Source of the DNA: an uncultured delta proteobacterium
Lineage (GTDB): Bacteria; Myxococcota; B64-G9
Direction of reading: 5' to 3'
Assembly: GCA_963754925.1 (NCBI GenBank)
Contig: CAVWHX010000004.1
Coordinates: forward strand, 988,506-1,052,505
Length of the DNA: 64,000 bases
Position numbers and translations under genes: made by a program. The notes below the pieces were generated by a model, which made no database searches, had not been told where the DNA came from, and was given only the letters and a program-made list of their open reading frames with translations. Positions 39,064 to 49,025 of the stretch are shown here, in pieces (position 1 is the first letter of the stretch; the number at the start of each line of letters is the position of its first letter).

Positions 39064-42000
39064 CTAACTTTTTTCCGCTGTGATTATCGCCGCGCGGAGG
39101 GATAGGTATCGCTCGGAGAAAGCGAAGTTGAAGAGGGAGAGCATGTCCGCATCACGCTCGAGCAGGGCGGCGCGATTAGCAATATCTTTAAACTCTTGCC
39201 CAATCGCGACGCTGCTAAAGCGGGTCATTACGCTCAGTGCCGCATTCAAATCTCCGCATGCCAGCAACCCCACCCGATCGGCGGTCCGACGAACTCCCGT
39301 CATCCATCGCTCGAAGTCATGCGACTGTGGATCGTACGCGTAGCGACGGATGAGCGGGATGGTTAACTCGAGTGCTTCTGCTGGAATAGTTCCACGGATT
39401 GCCTCCAAATATTCCGGCGCAGACGGCGGTAGGAGGAGCGGCGCCTCGATTTCGGGGCATGCCAATCTGACTAACAACGCAAAAAGCTGCAGCAGGTCCA
39501 TGCGACTGAACTTAAACAGCAGGACGCAACCCATGGCCACCTTGGCGACCTCACGACTGATCAAAAAGAGCAGCTCAGCGTCCCGGCTCAGTTCGACGAC
39601 CCTGCTCGACAACAGAATGGTCGGCTGTTCGCCGCTCTCGACGAATGCCTGATAGGTCGATTCAGGCGCAACGAGCATCGCGCAGGGCCGGCACGATATC
39701 AGAAGCTGGGCCTGTTCAGCCATGTCGGCGACCGCTGGAAGTACGCTCGGCATATCGGCTGCTCTCGTAAAGCCGAAGCGTTCGAAATTCGCCGCGAACA
39801 ATTGTTCCAGATAGGGTGCGAGCACCATGAGAATGCGCTGCAGCAAACAATCCGCGTCGGTGTGTAAAATGACCTGGTCCCATTCGCTTGCCTTCAAGGG
39901 TCGTTTTGGAAGCGCCGCCAGCCCGAAATGTTTTATGGTGCGGGATGCTTCCGGATCATCGGGGCTGAGAATCTGTAGGCCGGTAAAGTAACCGGCTGCG
40001 CGATCGGCCTCACCGCGGGCCGCCTCGAGCTGCCCCAAGATGCGGTAGTGCGCCGCAGCCAGCGGCTTTGCGTTCAGTAGTTTGCGGAAGATCTCAATCG
40101 CTTCGGGAAGGGTTTCGAAGCTCTTGGCGCAGAGGGCACCGAGCTGGGGGAGTAAATCGCCATGGTGCGGCCGCAGCTGATACGCCTGTTTCAAGAAAGG
40201 GATGGCCCGAAGCGGATCCCGCAGTTGCTCATGGTACAGCTGCGCAAGCTTTAGCAACCGCTCGAAATGGGATTCGTCCGTAAGGCTGGTTTTCTTTCTG
40301 AGACCTAACGCCGTCTCGAGCAGCTCGGCCTGCCGCAGGGTGCAGTGCGCCAACTCGGCTACCCCCGCCGCGCGCTCGTAATGTTCGGCCTTGCTCGGAT
40401 CCAAGCTGATGATTTGCTCGAAGTGCGCGAGAGCCTTGAGCGGTTCGCCAGCCTCGATCAACGCCTGGCCGATCTTGTGGTGGATGGTCAGTTGGTGCGA
40501 GAGTTCCAACGGCAACTTCAACAGGCGCTCGGCTTCCTGCTCCAATTCAGCCCCGGCGGTTGTTTGACAGATGAGGTTCCAAAGTTTCCAGTGTGCCTCG
40601 ATCAGGTGCGCATTGAGGCGCAACGCCTCGCGATACGCCCGCTTGGCTTGCTCGATGTCTTTGGTGTGAAGCTGGCACCAGTCGCCGAGGAGGCACCATC
40701 GCTCCGCTGCGCCGTCAGCTGTGGGCTCGTGCTCAAGCTCCTTCTGCATGAACTCGATTGCCTCGGGCCAGCGGGACTGGCTGCTATAGAAGTCTTTGAG
40801 AAGGCGTATGGTCTCCACATCGTTCGGTGCGGCCTGGTGAGCGGCGAGAAAGGTTTGGGCCGCCTCATCGAAACGCAGCAGCCGCCGCTGGGCATGTCCC
40901 AGTTCCCGCTGCAACGCAGGCGCGAGGTCCTCGAACCCGTCCTGAGGTAGGATGGAGATGAGTTCCTTAAGGTTTTGGATCTCTTCCTCATGGCGTCCGT
41001 GGCTGTGGAGCACGCTGATCAGACGTTGACGCACAGGAGTAAACGTCGGGTTGCTCGCGATCGCGGCTTGGTAATGAGCGATGGCTTCTTCAGGTTGCTG
41101 TGCCTGCTCGGCGAGTTCGCCACGCCGGAACTCCACCACGAACTGCCGTTCGGACGGCACGCGGTCTCCCAAGCGCTCGTCGAGTGCGGCGGTTTCTTTC
41201 CAGTCGTGCTGAGCATAGCGGATGTCGGCCAGCGCTTGTAGCGCACCGGGGTGGTTTGGCTCAAGGGATAAACACTGCTCAAAGTTGACCGCCGCACGGT
41301 CTTGATCGTGTAAGTGTTCTCGACACACCCTGCCCATCTCAAAACTAATTGCCACCTGCTGCTCGCGTTCGTTCAGCAGCTCGCGTTGTTTTTGGAGCGT
41401 CTCGAAAAGCTCCTCGAAACGTCCTTCTCGGGACAGCCACGTTCCCAACGATTGGTAGAGTTCGATCTGGTCCGGTTCGATGGTGATCGCCTTGCCTATG
41501 GCTTCGATAGCCACGGGAAGGTCTCCGAGGGCTGCAAAACCGTTGGCCGCCTGACGGTATAAAGCGGCTGCCTCGTCGAGCGCGGCAGGGCTTTCAGCCC
41601 AGTCAAACATAAGCTGTGCCAAGGCGCGCTGATCATCCCGCTTCACCTGTAACTGGACCAATTGTTGATAGGCCGACCTGAGTGACGGATCCGCTGAACG
41701 AGCGCGTTCAAAAGCCACTAACGCTTCATCGAGGCGATCGGCTCGTAGCAGCAGTTGACCGAGTCGCAACGATAATGCTGCGGTCGCTCCCGCATCACAC
41801 TGTTCGAGCAAGGCGCTTAACGCCTTGGCCGCTCCATCGTCGTCCTCCAAGTTCTGGAAGCGGTCGACGATCTGCTCCAGTATCTGGTTCCGGGCGGCCA
41901 CATCGGTCAGGCGCTGTGCAGCCACGTCGACGGCGGCTGACAGGTAATCTTTCGCCTGAGGGGTCGCACCAGCCGCCTGCGCCCGGCACACCAGGGCATT

Positions 42001-45000
42001 GGCGAGCTCCTGCCACGATTGCTGTTCTTCGAGCAGCACCAGCCAGTCGTGCCAGTACTCGTCCCGTTCGGGCGCCAGGTTGACCGCTTGAGAAAAAGCC
42101 TGTGCGGCGCGATCTGGCTGCGCCAATCGCTGGTGAGCCAAGCGACCGAGCTGATGCCAGTGCTGCGCTTGCGCGGCAGGGTCCTGGGCGCCTTGAATAA
42201 GCAATTCTTGTACTTGAGCCGCCGATTGCCAGTTTTCCTGTTGTTCATAGAGCGCAAACAACCGGGTCGCCAGCGCCTCGTCCGGTGCGATAGCCAACGC
42301 CTCTGCTAACGAAGCCACTCCCTCTTCGGTTCTATCGAGCCGTGAGAGACAGACCTCGGCGTGTTCGAGCAACAGGTTGCGACGTTCTTGAGTATCCTCG
42401 GTTTCCACAATACACGCTGCGAGGAACTTATCCAAGGGCTCCGGATCGCCATTTTCGCGCAGTAGCGCAAGTATGTTGTCGCGCAGCTCGACGCTCGGTG
42501 CGAACGTATATTCTTTTTGGAAGGCTTGGAGGGCCAGCGAACGGTCGTCCAACTGGTCGCAGGCCACCTGGCCGAGTTCATGCAGCAGGGGGACAGCCGT
42601 GGACGAGTCTGCATCAGCCGCGGCGCACTGCTCGAGCAAATCGGCCAACTCGCGCTGCATGCCAAGCTGGCGGTAGAGCCTCAACAGGTGCTGTGCCGCC
42701 GGGGTGTGCCCACGTTCATAGAGCTCGCGGTAATGCAACACCGCCTGCTCCGGCCGATTCAAGGTGTTTTGGCACAGATCAGCGAGTTCAGCCAAGCGCG
42801 AAATCTTCTCACCGTCGTACGACGCTTGTTGCCATTGATCCTCGAGGACCTGGGCCAGGTGCGACCAGCCCTGGGTGCTGCGCAATATGTGGAGGAGGTC
42901 ATCGACGGCCCGTTGGTCGTCGGGCTGCATCTGCACTTGTTCTTCCAGCACGGCGATGGCCTGATCGGGCTGATCGAGGAACTCAAACAAAAGGTTCGCA
43001 CGAATACGCCGAATCTCTGGATGACGCTCAAGAAGAACCGTGCTATCAAGCCAGCGGCGGTATAGAAGCTCCAAATCCTGATAACGCTGGTGCTCGCTGA
43101 GGGTGAGCTCCAGGCGTTCGAAAACCTCCGGCTCGATACCGTCGATTCGCTGGGGTGATTCAAGCTCGAGGTACGCCAGATAGTGCTGAGCGGCCACCTC
43201 GCGCTGCTGCTCCGCCCACGCCGCACGAGCCAGGTCCAACGCGAGGCTCGCCTGATGCTCACGGCGCAACGGCGGCCCCGGCAGGGGTGAAGCCTGGATG
43301 CGGGTGCCGAGGGCCAGGGCATCACGGTACTGGCCGTGGTTGATACGGTAACGGGTCAGTAACAGCAGCGCGGGGCGATAGTATGGATCGACGGTAAGAG
43401 CCTCTTCCCACTGCAGCGCTGCACCCTCAGGGTCATTGAGTCGTAAGCTCAGTATGCCGGCGAGCGCCATGTGCATCGGTATGCGCTCGGCCGCCGAGGT
43501 GAGCTCAATGTGTTGGCGGATTACCCGCGCCACGTCATCCCAGCGAGATACGCGTGCGTACGCCCGCTGCAGCGCGGCCAGGCGCGTTGGTGCCTCCAGG
43601 CTGTCGGGCGCCATTGCAACCGCCTGTTGATAATGCAGTGCTGCCGGTTCGAGTTGTCCGAGACGTTCTCCAAAAAGATCCGCGGCTGCCATGTGCAGCG
43701 CGGCCGCCGCTTCACCCTGCTCGCGCTCGGCGCGTCGGGTGTAAAACTCGGCGAGTTCCTCAAAGCGCAGTTCCTGCTGCAAGAGCATCGGCAATAGGGA
43801 AAGCGTCTCATCGTCTTCCGGAAGCGTGCGCATGACCGCCTGCAGATGATCGATGGCGCCGGTGGTGTCGCCAAGTTCCAACGCCACTTGTGCTTGTTGA
43901 CGGTGCGCGATGGCCAGGTCAGATGCCGGCAGCTCATTGGAGCCGAGCGTCAAAACCTGGTCCAGCGCTTCCTTGGCCTGCGCCCACTCATGGTTGTGCC
44001 GGTGCAAATCGGCCAGGGCGCGATGAGCCGGCAGGAGGCTCGGGGCGAGTGCCAGCGCCGTATGATACGAGCGGATGGCCTCTGCCGATTGCGCCGGCTG
44101 CTCGCCGAGAAGTTGCGCTCGCTCCATCCACGAGCTCACCTGTTCATCAACTTCCCACGAACTGAAATCGAGCGTCGCGATGAGTTGTACGAGTTCATCC
44201 ACCCGATCTTCGTCGCGATATATCTGCAGGAGGTGCTGAGCATATGCACGGTTAGTCGGATCGAGTCTTAAGGCCGCCGCAATATCGAGCGCGCCAGCCT
44301 GCGTATTGGAAAGCTGTTCACACAGCAGCCGACCACGCTCAAACAACCAGGCGGCTTGACGCTGCGGATCGGGCTCCGTGGCGGCGCAGCGTGCGCAGAC
44401 CTCAACCAACTCGTCGAATCGGCGCTCTTCGCGCAGAATTCGTGCTAACTGGGTCAACACTGCGTTCGAGTCGGGGGTAAGCGTCAAAGCGCGACGCAGC
44501 ACCTGCTGCGCCCGCTCTTGATCGTTCAGGTGTTGCTGTGCAATCTGTGCCGCCTCTAACAGCACGGCGGAAGCTGTGGCCGGGTCAACAAGCAGAGGAG
44601 CCTCGCGGCAGAGCGCCCGAACCACCTCCGGCCAGGACTGTTCGGCCCGCTCGATGCGTTCAAGATCCCGCCAGGCTTCGATGTCGTTTGGCTCTAGTTC
44701 GAGATACCGGGTGAGGCACAGACGCGCCTCTCCGTATCCCTCCGGACGATTGAGGTATATGCGCGCTAAGCGCTGGTTGGCCGATTTAAGGAGATCGAGG
44801 GGAAGCTGGCTGCTGAGTGGCTGGTGCTCCAATAGTTCAGAAAAGGCCTCGATGGCCCGGTCCGTTTGCTGGAGGGTCTCGGCCAGCACACCAACCTTGA
44901 AGAGAGCCTGTGGATGGTTGGGCTGCGCCGTTAACACTTGCTCATAGTGCAGCAGCGCGTTGGCTGGATCGACAAGCTGCTCATCCCAGAGTTGTGCCAA

Positions 45001-46572
45001 CCGTAGATGAATTTCAAGCGCCAGCGATTGATTGGCGGCCGCTTTGGCGGCCTCGGCCGTATGCGCCAGGGCTCGGGCCGCCCGCATCGGCTCATCTAAC
45101 CGACAAAAGACCTCGGCCAGTAATTGCCAGCCCCGGAGACTTCCCGGATCGTGAAGGAGGGCTATCTCCAGGTTTCGCTGGGCGCGTTTCAGGTCGGAAC
45201 AGTGCTCGAGGTAGAGGGCCCCGACGCGAACGTGGCACTGCGCGAGCTCCAAAGCGTCTTTCACTCGTCCCGCGAGTCTCAAGTTCATGCGCAACGCGCG
45301 GTAGGTGAGCTTTTGCTGGGTGTACAGTTCGATTAGGTTGCGCATGGCCTCTTGGTTGTCCGGTGCCAACCGTAACACCTTCTCCAGATCGGCGATGGCT
45401 GCGTTCGGATCCCCCGCAGCCAGGAGCGCACCGGCCTTGAGATACGCGAGAACGGCATCCGCTCCTTCCCCAATTTTTTCACAGACCTCTCCGACCTGTT
45501 CGAAAGCTCGCCCAGCGGCCGAGTCCTTGCGGCGCTCGAGAAGCACCGCCCGCGTCAACAATGCGAAGACGTTGTCCGGCAAGCTGGTTAGGGCCTCGCG
45601 CACCAAATCCTCAACCTCTTCAGCGCGCTCGGGTCGGCTGAGCCCAATCTCCAGCAGACGTTGAATTTTAACCGGATGGACGGGTTCGATCAGTGCGCCC
45701 TGCCCAAGGTACAGTTGGTGTGCACGGTCGATGTGGCCTTCCTGCAGCGCCTTCTCGGCGTCACGGAACGCCAGGCAGCCATCCCGGAAGATCAACGCCC
45801 GCCGTTCATAGTTCGTCGCAGCGGCTGTGCCAATCGGGCTTTTAGGGTATGGCTCCGGCAACTCATCTCGAAAGCGCGCGCAACAGAGACGCAACCGTCC
45901 GCCTTCAATCTCGAGTCGGTTAATCTGCAATCCAGACAGATCAGGGATCTTCCAGCCGTGTCTCGGCAGCAGCTGGCGCAGCAGCGCCCGCACCGGATGG
46001 CAACTAAAAATAAATCCGTCCGTGAGCTCAATCCCCAGAGGAGTAAGACTCCGGGCGAGCGGCAAGAGCAGGTGACTGACCGGAAATGGCAGCGCGCCAA
46101 ACGCTCGGAGATCAAAAACAATCGCGCGGACAGCCAGATCGGGGCCTTCTTCAATGGTAAATCTCGCGGTGAAGGGGACCGTGCTATTACCCTGGCGGGT
46201 GTTCGCGCTCAACCACCCAATGCCCTTCTCAAGGGTTAGCGTTAGCCCTTCCCAACCGGCAGTTGCTTGGGCCAGGCGCTGTCGTAGGATTTCCGCCAGG
46301 GTATCTTGGGGCAGAACCAACACCAGAGTCCGCAATCGGCAACGGTGGTGGCAAAACTGCTCGGCGCCGCCGGTTACATCAAAAGGAAAGGACACCTCGG
46401 GAACATCGAGCTCCAGCCGTTCGATCAGCAACCCGCCCGGCAGTTCGCGCCTGCTCAACGTTACCAAGGCCGCATTTTTTTGAAACTCGAGCGAAAAACC
46501 CAACGAATTACCGCCAGGCTTCCGCACACCCTTCAATGGAGAAAGGTTGCCGAGCTCATCCGCCATGTACAT
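39064..46572 (-). CDS. giant TPR-repeat protein (2502 aa) with non-TPR N- and C-terminal regions
   Basis: Single uninterrupted ORF. The central roughly 1900 aa are repetitive A/L/E/R-rich TPR-like helices. The first 300 aa and last 300 aa or so lack the repeat pattern. Confidence 0.85.
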   Translation of the reverse strand: MYMADELGNLSPLKGVRKPGGNSLGFSLEFQKNAALVTLSRRELPGGLLIERLELDVPEVSFPFDVTGGAEQFCHHRCRLRTLVLVLPQDTLAEILRQRLAQATAGWEGLTLTLEKGIGWLSANTRQGNSTVPFTARFTIEEGPDLAVRAIVFDLRAFGALPFPVSHLLLPLARSLTPLGIELTDGFIFSCHPVRALLRQLLPRHGWKIPDLSGLQINRLEIEGGRLRLCCARFRDELPEPYPKSPIGTAAATNYERRALIFRDGCLAFRDAEKALQEGHIDRAHQLYLGQGALIEPVHPVKIQRLLEIGLSRPERAEEVEDLVREALTSLPDNVFALLTRAVLLERRKDSAAGRAFEQVGEVCEKIGEGADAVLAYLKAGALLAAGDPNAAIADLEKVLRLAPDNQEAMRNLIELYTQQKLTYRALRMNLRLAGRVKDALELAQCHVRVGALYLEHCSDLKRAQRNLEIALLHDPGSLRGWQLLAEVFCRLDEPMRAARALAHTAEAAKAAANQSLALEIHLRLAQLWDEQLVDPANALLHYEQVLTAQPNHPQALFKVGVLAETLQQTDRAIEAFSELLEHQPLSSQLPLDLLKSANQRLARIYLNRPEGYGEARLCLTRYLELEPNDIEAWRDLERIERAEQSWPEVVRALCREAPLLVDPATASAVLLEAAQIAQQHLNDQERAQQVLRRALTLTPDSNAVLTQLARILREERRFDELVEVCARCAATEPDPQRQAAWLFERGRLLCEQLSNTQAGALDIAAALRLDPTNRAYAQHLLQIYRDEDRVDELVQLIATLDFSSWEVDEQVSSWMERAQLLGEQPAQSAEAIRSYHTALALAPSLLPAHRALADLHRHNHEWAQAKEALDQVLTLGSNELPASDLAIAHRQQAQVALELGDTTGAIDHLQAVMRTLPEDDETLSLLPMLLQQELRFEELAEFYTRRAEREQGEAAAALHMAAADLFGERLGQLEPAALHYQQAVAMAPDSLEAPTRLAALQRAYARVSRWDDVARVIRQHIELTSAAERIPMHMALAGILSLRLNDPEGAALQWEEALTVDPYYRPALLLLTRYRINHGQYRDALALGTRIQASPLPGPPLRREHQASLALDLARAAWAEQQREVAAQHYLAYLELESPQRIDGIEPEVFERLELTLSEHQRYQDLELLYRRWLDSTVLLERHPEIRRIRANLLFEFLDQPDQAIAVLEEQVQMQPDDQRAVDDLLHILRSTQGWSHLAQVLEDQWQQASYDGEKISRLAELADLCQNTLNRPEQAVLHYRELYERGHTPAAQHLLRLYRQLGMQRELADLLEQCAAADADSSTAVPLLHELGQVACDQLDDRSLALQAFQKEYTFAPSVELRDNILALLRENGDPEPLDKFLAACIVETEDTQERRNLLLEHAEVCLSRLDRTEEGVASLAEALAIAPDEALATRLFALYEQQENWQSAAQVQELLIQGAQDPAAQAQHWHQLGRLAHQRLAQPDRAAQAFSQAVNLAPERDEYWHDWLVLLEEQQSWQELANALVCRAQAAGATPQAKDYLSAAVDVAAQRLTDVAARNQILEQIVDRFQNLEDDDGAAKALSALLEQCDAGATAALSLRLGQLLLRADRLDEALVAFERARSADPSLRSAYQQLVQLQVKRDDQRALAQLMFDWAESPAALDEAAALYRQAANGFAALGDLPVAIEAIGKAITIEPDQIELYQSLGTWLSREGRFEELFETLQKQRELLNEREQQVAISFEMGRVCREHLHDQDRAAVNFEQCLSLEPNHPGALQALADIRYAQHDWKETAALDERLGDRVPSERQFVVEFRRGELAEQAQQPEEAIAHYQAAIASNPTFTPVRQRLISVLHSHGRHEEEIQNLKELISILPQDGFEDLAPALQRELGHAQRRLLRFDEAAQTFLAAHQAAPNDVETIRLLKDFYSSQSRWPEAIEFMQKELEHEPTADGAAERWCLLGDWCQLHTKDIEQAKRAYREALRLNAHLIEAHWKLWNLICQTTAGAELEQEAERLLKLPLELSHQLTIHHKIGQALIEAGEPLKALAHFEQIISLDPSKAEHYERAAGVAELAHCTLRQAELLETALGLRKKTSLTDESHFERLLKLAQLYHEQLRDPLRAIPFLKQAYQLRPHHGDLLPQLGALCAKSFETLPEAIEIFRKLLNAKPLAAAHYRILGQLEAARGEADRAAGYFTGLQILSPDDPEASRTIKHFGLAALPKRPLKASEWDQVILHTDADCLLQRILMVLAPYLEQLFAANFERFGFTRAADMPSVLPAVADMAEQAQLLISCRPCAMLVAPESTYQAFVESGEQPTILLSSRVVELSRDAELLFLISREVAKVAMGCVLLFKFSRMDLLQLFALLVRLACPEIEAPLLLPPSAPEYLEAIRGTIPAEALELTIPLIRRYAYDPQSHDFERWMTGVRRTADRVGLLACGDLNAALSVMTRFSSVAIGQEFKDIANRAALLERDADMLSLFNFAFSERYLSLRAAIITAEKS

Positions 46573-46757
46573 CCCTTATTGCAGGCTTACAGTCTCTTAC
46601 CCATCGTACACTAGGAATACTATGAAGCTGACCGCACGTATGGTCAAGTTTTAACATGGATTATTAGATAGGGCCGGAAGTCCGTAATCGGGATAAACAG
46701 CGGATGAAAACGGTTTGACTATGCTTTCTAAGCATGTTAAGAACCTAACGAGGATAG

Positions 46758-46917
46758 GAGATTCTTGCCGAGCAACGCGAGGCTTAGAATCTCTTACCCC
46801 TTTAGGGGTAAGAATCCGTCCAGAGGATAAAGAGTTGTAAGCTTACTTCGTTCGCAAGAGTCTCTAACCCCCTTCGGGGATAAGAGACCGTAACTCGCTT
46901 CGCTCGTAACAGTCTCT
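46758..46917. repeat. composite intergenic hairpin repeat cluster, copy C (units in both orientations)
   Basis: GAGATTCT/AGAATCTC around TGCCGAGCAACGCGAGGCTT (46758-46793). CTTACCCC-TTTA-GGGGTAAG (46793-46812). Reverse-oriented loop units at 46839-46856 and 46892-46908. AGAGACCGT/ACAGTCTCT (46883-46917). A CCCC-TTC-GGGG hairpin at 46869-46879. Confidence 0.8.
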
Positions 46918-46924
46918 AAATTTC

Positions 46925-47224
46925 TTGAGGAGTTTATTGGAGTTTCTTCTAGACAATAGTTCAATTCGACGGTTGCTGGTGTTATTCGGTGTGGTGCTCG
47001 CGCTCTACGCCGGGTACTTTGTGGTAGTATTTCTGTCTAATCAAGCGATGTTACGCTTAAGAGGGAGAAAAAAGAATACGCACCGTTTTTCTGGCGCCGG
47101 TAATGAACAAAACTATCAGGTTGCAAGCCTACTCAATCAGCCCGGCGTGGTAATGGGGATTCTGCTAGCGGCGGTGGTCGGACTTTTTGGCTTGTTGTTA
47201 TGGATGACACAAGTTTCCTGCTGA
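46925..47224 (+). CDS. possible small membrane protein (two predicted TM helices)
   Basis: 99-codon ORF with a non-ATG (TTG) start and two hydrophobic stretches. No homology recognised. It begins right after the repeat cluster. Weak support. Confidence 0.3.
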   Translation: MRSLLEFLLDNSSIRRLLVLFGVVLALYAGYFVVVFLSNQAMLRLRGRKKNTHRFSGAGNEQNYQVASLLNQPGVVMGILLAAVVGLFGLLLWMTQVSC

Positions 47225-47267
47225 CAACCGGTTGATCAGACACAAGGGACGACAAGGAGAACAATTC

Positions 47268-47789
47268 ATGAGCGCAGATAGCTATCGATTAGTGATACTG
47301 TTCGACAGTGAAAAGAAAAAATTCATCGCCCGAATACCGGAGCTTCCGGATCTGCAGGTTGAGGGCGAAAATCGCGCCGAAGCGGTTTCTAGAATTGAAG
47401 AGGCTCTTGAAGAAGCATTTCGTAAAGCCGCTTCGGATGGCAGGGAAATGCCCGCACCTATCGATCAGACGGAATTTACCGGGGAGCTGACACTCAAGGT
47501 GACGCCAACGCTGCACCGGGACTTGGCGTTTCTAGCTCGTCACGAGGGCGTTGATCTCAATCAGCTCGTCAGTGAATTACTCTCGGCAAGTGTCGCGGGT
47601 CGGGCCGTTCCTCGGACCGGAGGACACCGTCGCGACGAGCGTCGAGAAGGCAACGATCGCCGGCGCCCGCCGCGCGGCCAGGACTATTTCAATATTATGG
47701 AAGACAAAGCGAGTTTCATCGACTACGTCCGCAAGCTCGATTCTGGGGGCGGGCCAAACCGACGCGGGGGCCGTGGGCGCGACCGATGA
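47268..47789 (+). CDS. hicB: HicB-family antitoxin-like protein with an Arg/Gly-rich C-terminal tail
   Basis: UPF0150/HicB N-domain (YRLVILFDSEKKKFIARIPELPDLQVEGENRAEA). An RHH-like segment (LTLKVTPTLHRDLAFLARHEGVDLNQLVSELL). AAGGAG upstream of the ATG at 47268. Confidence 0.7.
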   Translation: MSADSYRLVILFDSEKKKFIARIPELPDLQVEGENRAEAVSRIEEALEEAFRKAASDGREMPAPIDQTEFTGELTLKVTPTLHRDLAFLARHEGVDLNQLVSELLSASVAGRAVPRTGGHRRDERREGNDRRRPPRGQDYFNIMEDKASFIDYVRKLDSGGGPNRRGGRGRDR

Positions 47790-47796
47790 AGGAGTG

Positions 47797-48483
47797 CTAC
47801 TTCTCTCCCCACACGGCCGATGCGCGAATTTCCGCTATTGACGTATCGTCAAACTGACCCTTGTAGACATCCTGGAGAATCAGCACGCCGACGTATAGGG
47901 TGCGCGTCTCGATCGCCAATTCGGGAAGCCGGACGGGGATTTTCCGCTGCACCGGGGTGTTCTTATCCTTGAACGCGAAATCAACCCGCGAAAGCCACTT
48001 AAACGTCGGGTTGTATTCACCGTCTTCCTGTTTGAGCCTAACTAAATATACATCGACCACAACGGTTTTGGGTCGGTTGAAGTTTTCAAACTGTTCCTTG
48101 CCTGCGCCCGGAATGATTTCAATATGGGTGCTTTCGTCCGGAATGTGAAACACGATCCATTCATCTTTGCCCGGTCCCTTGGCTCCTTCGGCCCAGAATG
48201 TTTCCGGATTCCCATCGAATGCTTTCTCAACACTGTAGTACTCTTCCCCACGACCTTTTTCCACCAGGGTCGACGAGGCCACCGGAACACGCTCATCCTT
48301 GGCAAGCTTCTTGAGGGCCTCAACGAAATCTTTCTTTGGGATTATTCTCGGTTCGTTGCTGGTCTCTGCTGTTTTCTTCTGAGGTGCGACCTTCGCAGGT
48401 TTTTGGGCACCAGACACCTTTCCGCTCAGAAACAGCCCCATTACCAAGAGTAGATAGGCAATTCTTGTCGATGACTGAATCAT
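47797..48483 (-). CDS. secreted protein with a discoidin / glycan-binding-like domain
   Basis: Signal peptide (start at 48483, GGAGGAG upstream). The segment YSVEKAFDGNPETFWAEGAKGPGKDEWIVF is typical of F5/8 type C-like or NADase-type glycan-binding domains. Confidence 0.6.
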   Translation of the reverse strand: MIQSSTRIAYLLLVMGLFLSGKVSGAQKPAKVAPQKKTAETSNEPRIIPKKDFVEALKKLAKDERVPVASSTLVEKGRGEEYYSVEKAFDGNPETFWAEGAKGPGKDEWIVFHIPDESTHIEIIPGAGKEQFENFNRPKTVVVDVYLVRLKQEDGEYNPTFKWLSRVDFAFKDKNTPVQRKIPVRLPELAIETRTLYVGVLILQDVYKGQFDDTSIAEIRASAVWGEK

Positions 48484-48500
48484 TATACTCCTCCCCGTGC

Positions 48501-48980
48501 TCACGGGTGTTTTAAGAAATCCCGCTCGAAGAGGCCATGGTTGCACTCTATGCGCAGCGTTTGTACTACTAGTTTTGCACTTGGTGGGTGTCTTAGGCGA
48601 TCCGAAAATGCCGACAAGAAGAAGGGCATTTTCTTGCCGGCGCCAAGGGATGGATGGTGCGCGGTGTAGGTATGATTAAGGATGAGGTTAATATCTTTCC
48701 ATTCATTGGTGCTCAAATTTGACACCAAAAAGAACCGCCCACCAATAATCTCGGCTTTACTGAGCGTCACCTCGGCATCGATCTGGTTGAGCTCTCCTCC
48801 CGGAATAAAGATGACGAGGGTAAGTACTGCTATCACCGCATATCCAGCAATCACAGCGGTTTTGTACTTGAAGTATTTATCGGACTTGCGGAAGTCTTCT
48901 ATGAGTTGTATAGCAAATGAGCGAGCTAATCCCCACAAATCCAATAGGTTAGCCAGTATCGAATCAAAAAAGTCCTTCAT
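48501..48980 (-). CDS. hypothetical membrane-anchored protein
   Basis: 159-aa ORF with one central TM helix (AVIAGYAVIAVLTLVIFI). No family recognised. Confidence 0.5.
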   Translation of the reverse strand: MKDFFDSILANLLDLWGLARSFAIQLIEDFRKSDKYFKYKTAVIAGYAVIAVLTLVIFIPGGELNQIDAEVTLSKAEIIGGRFFLVSNLSTNEWKDINLILNHTYTAHHPSLGAGKKMPFFLSAFSDRLRHPPSAKLVVQTLRIECNHGLFERDFLKHP

Positions 48981-49025
48981 GGATTAGTCCTCAACCCTGG
49001 ATCGTAAATAGTTTGCTTCCGCGTA

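Noticed and set aside
42342-43100. 252-aa Arg/Pro/Ala-rich plus-strand ORF within the giant TPR gene
   Set aside because: It is antisense to the uninterrupted 7.5 kb ORF and has a low-complexity composition typical of shadow frames.
46740-46920. Possible CRISPR array suggested by closely spaced repeats
   Set aside because: The repeated units are individual hairpins with different arm sequences and both orientations. There are no identical direct repeats with uniform unique spacers, and no cas genes are in the window.
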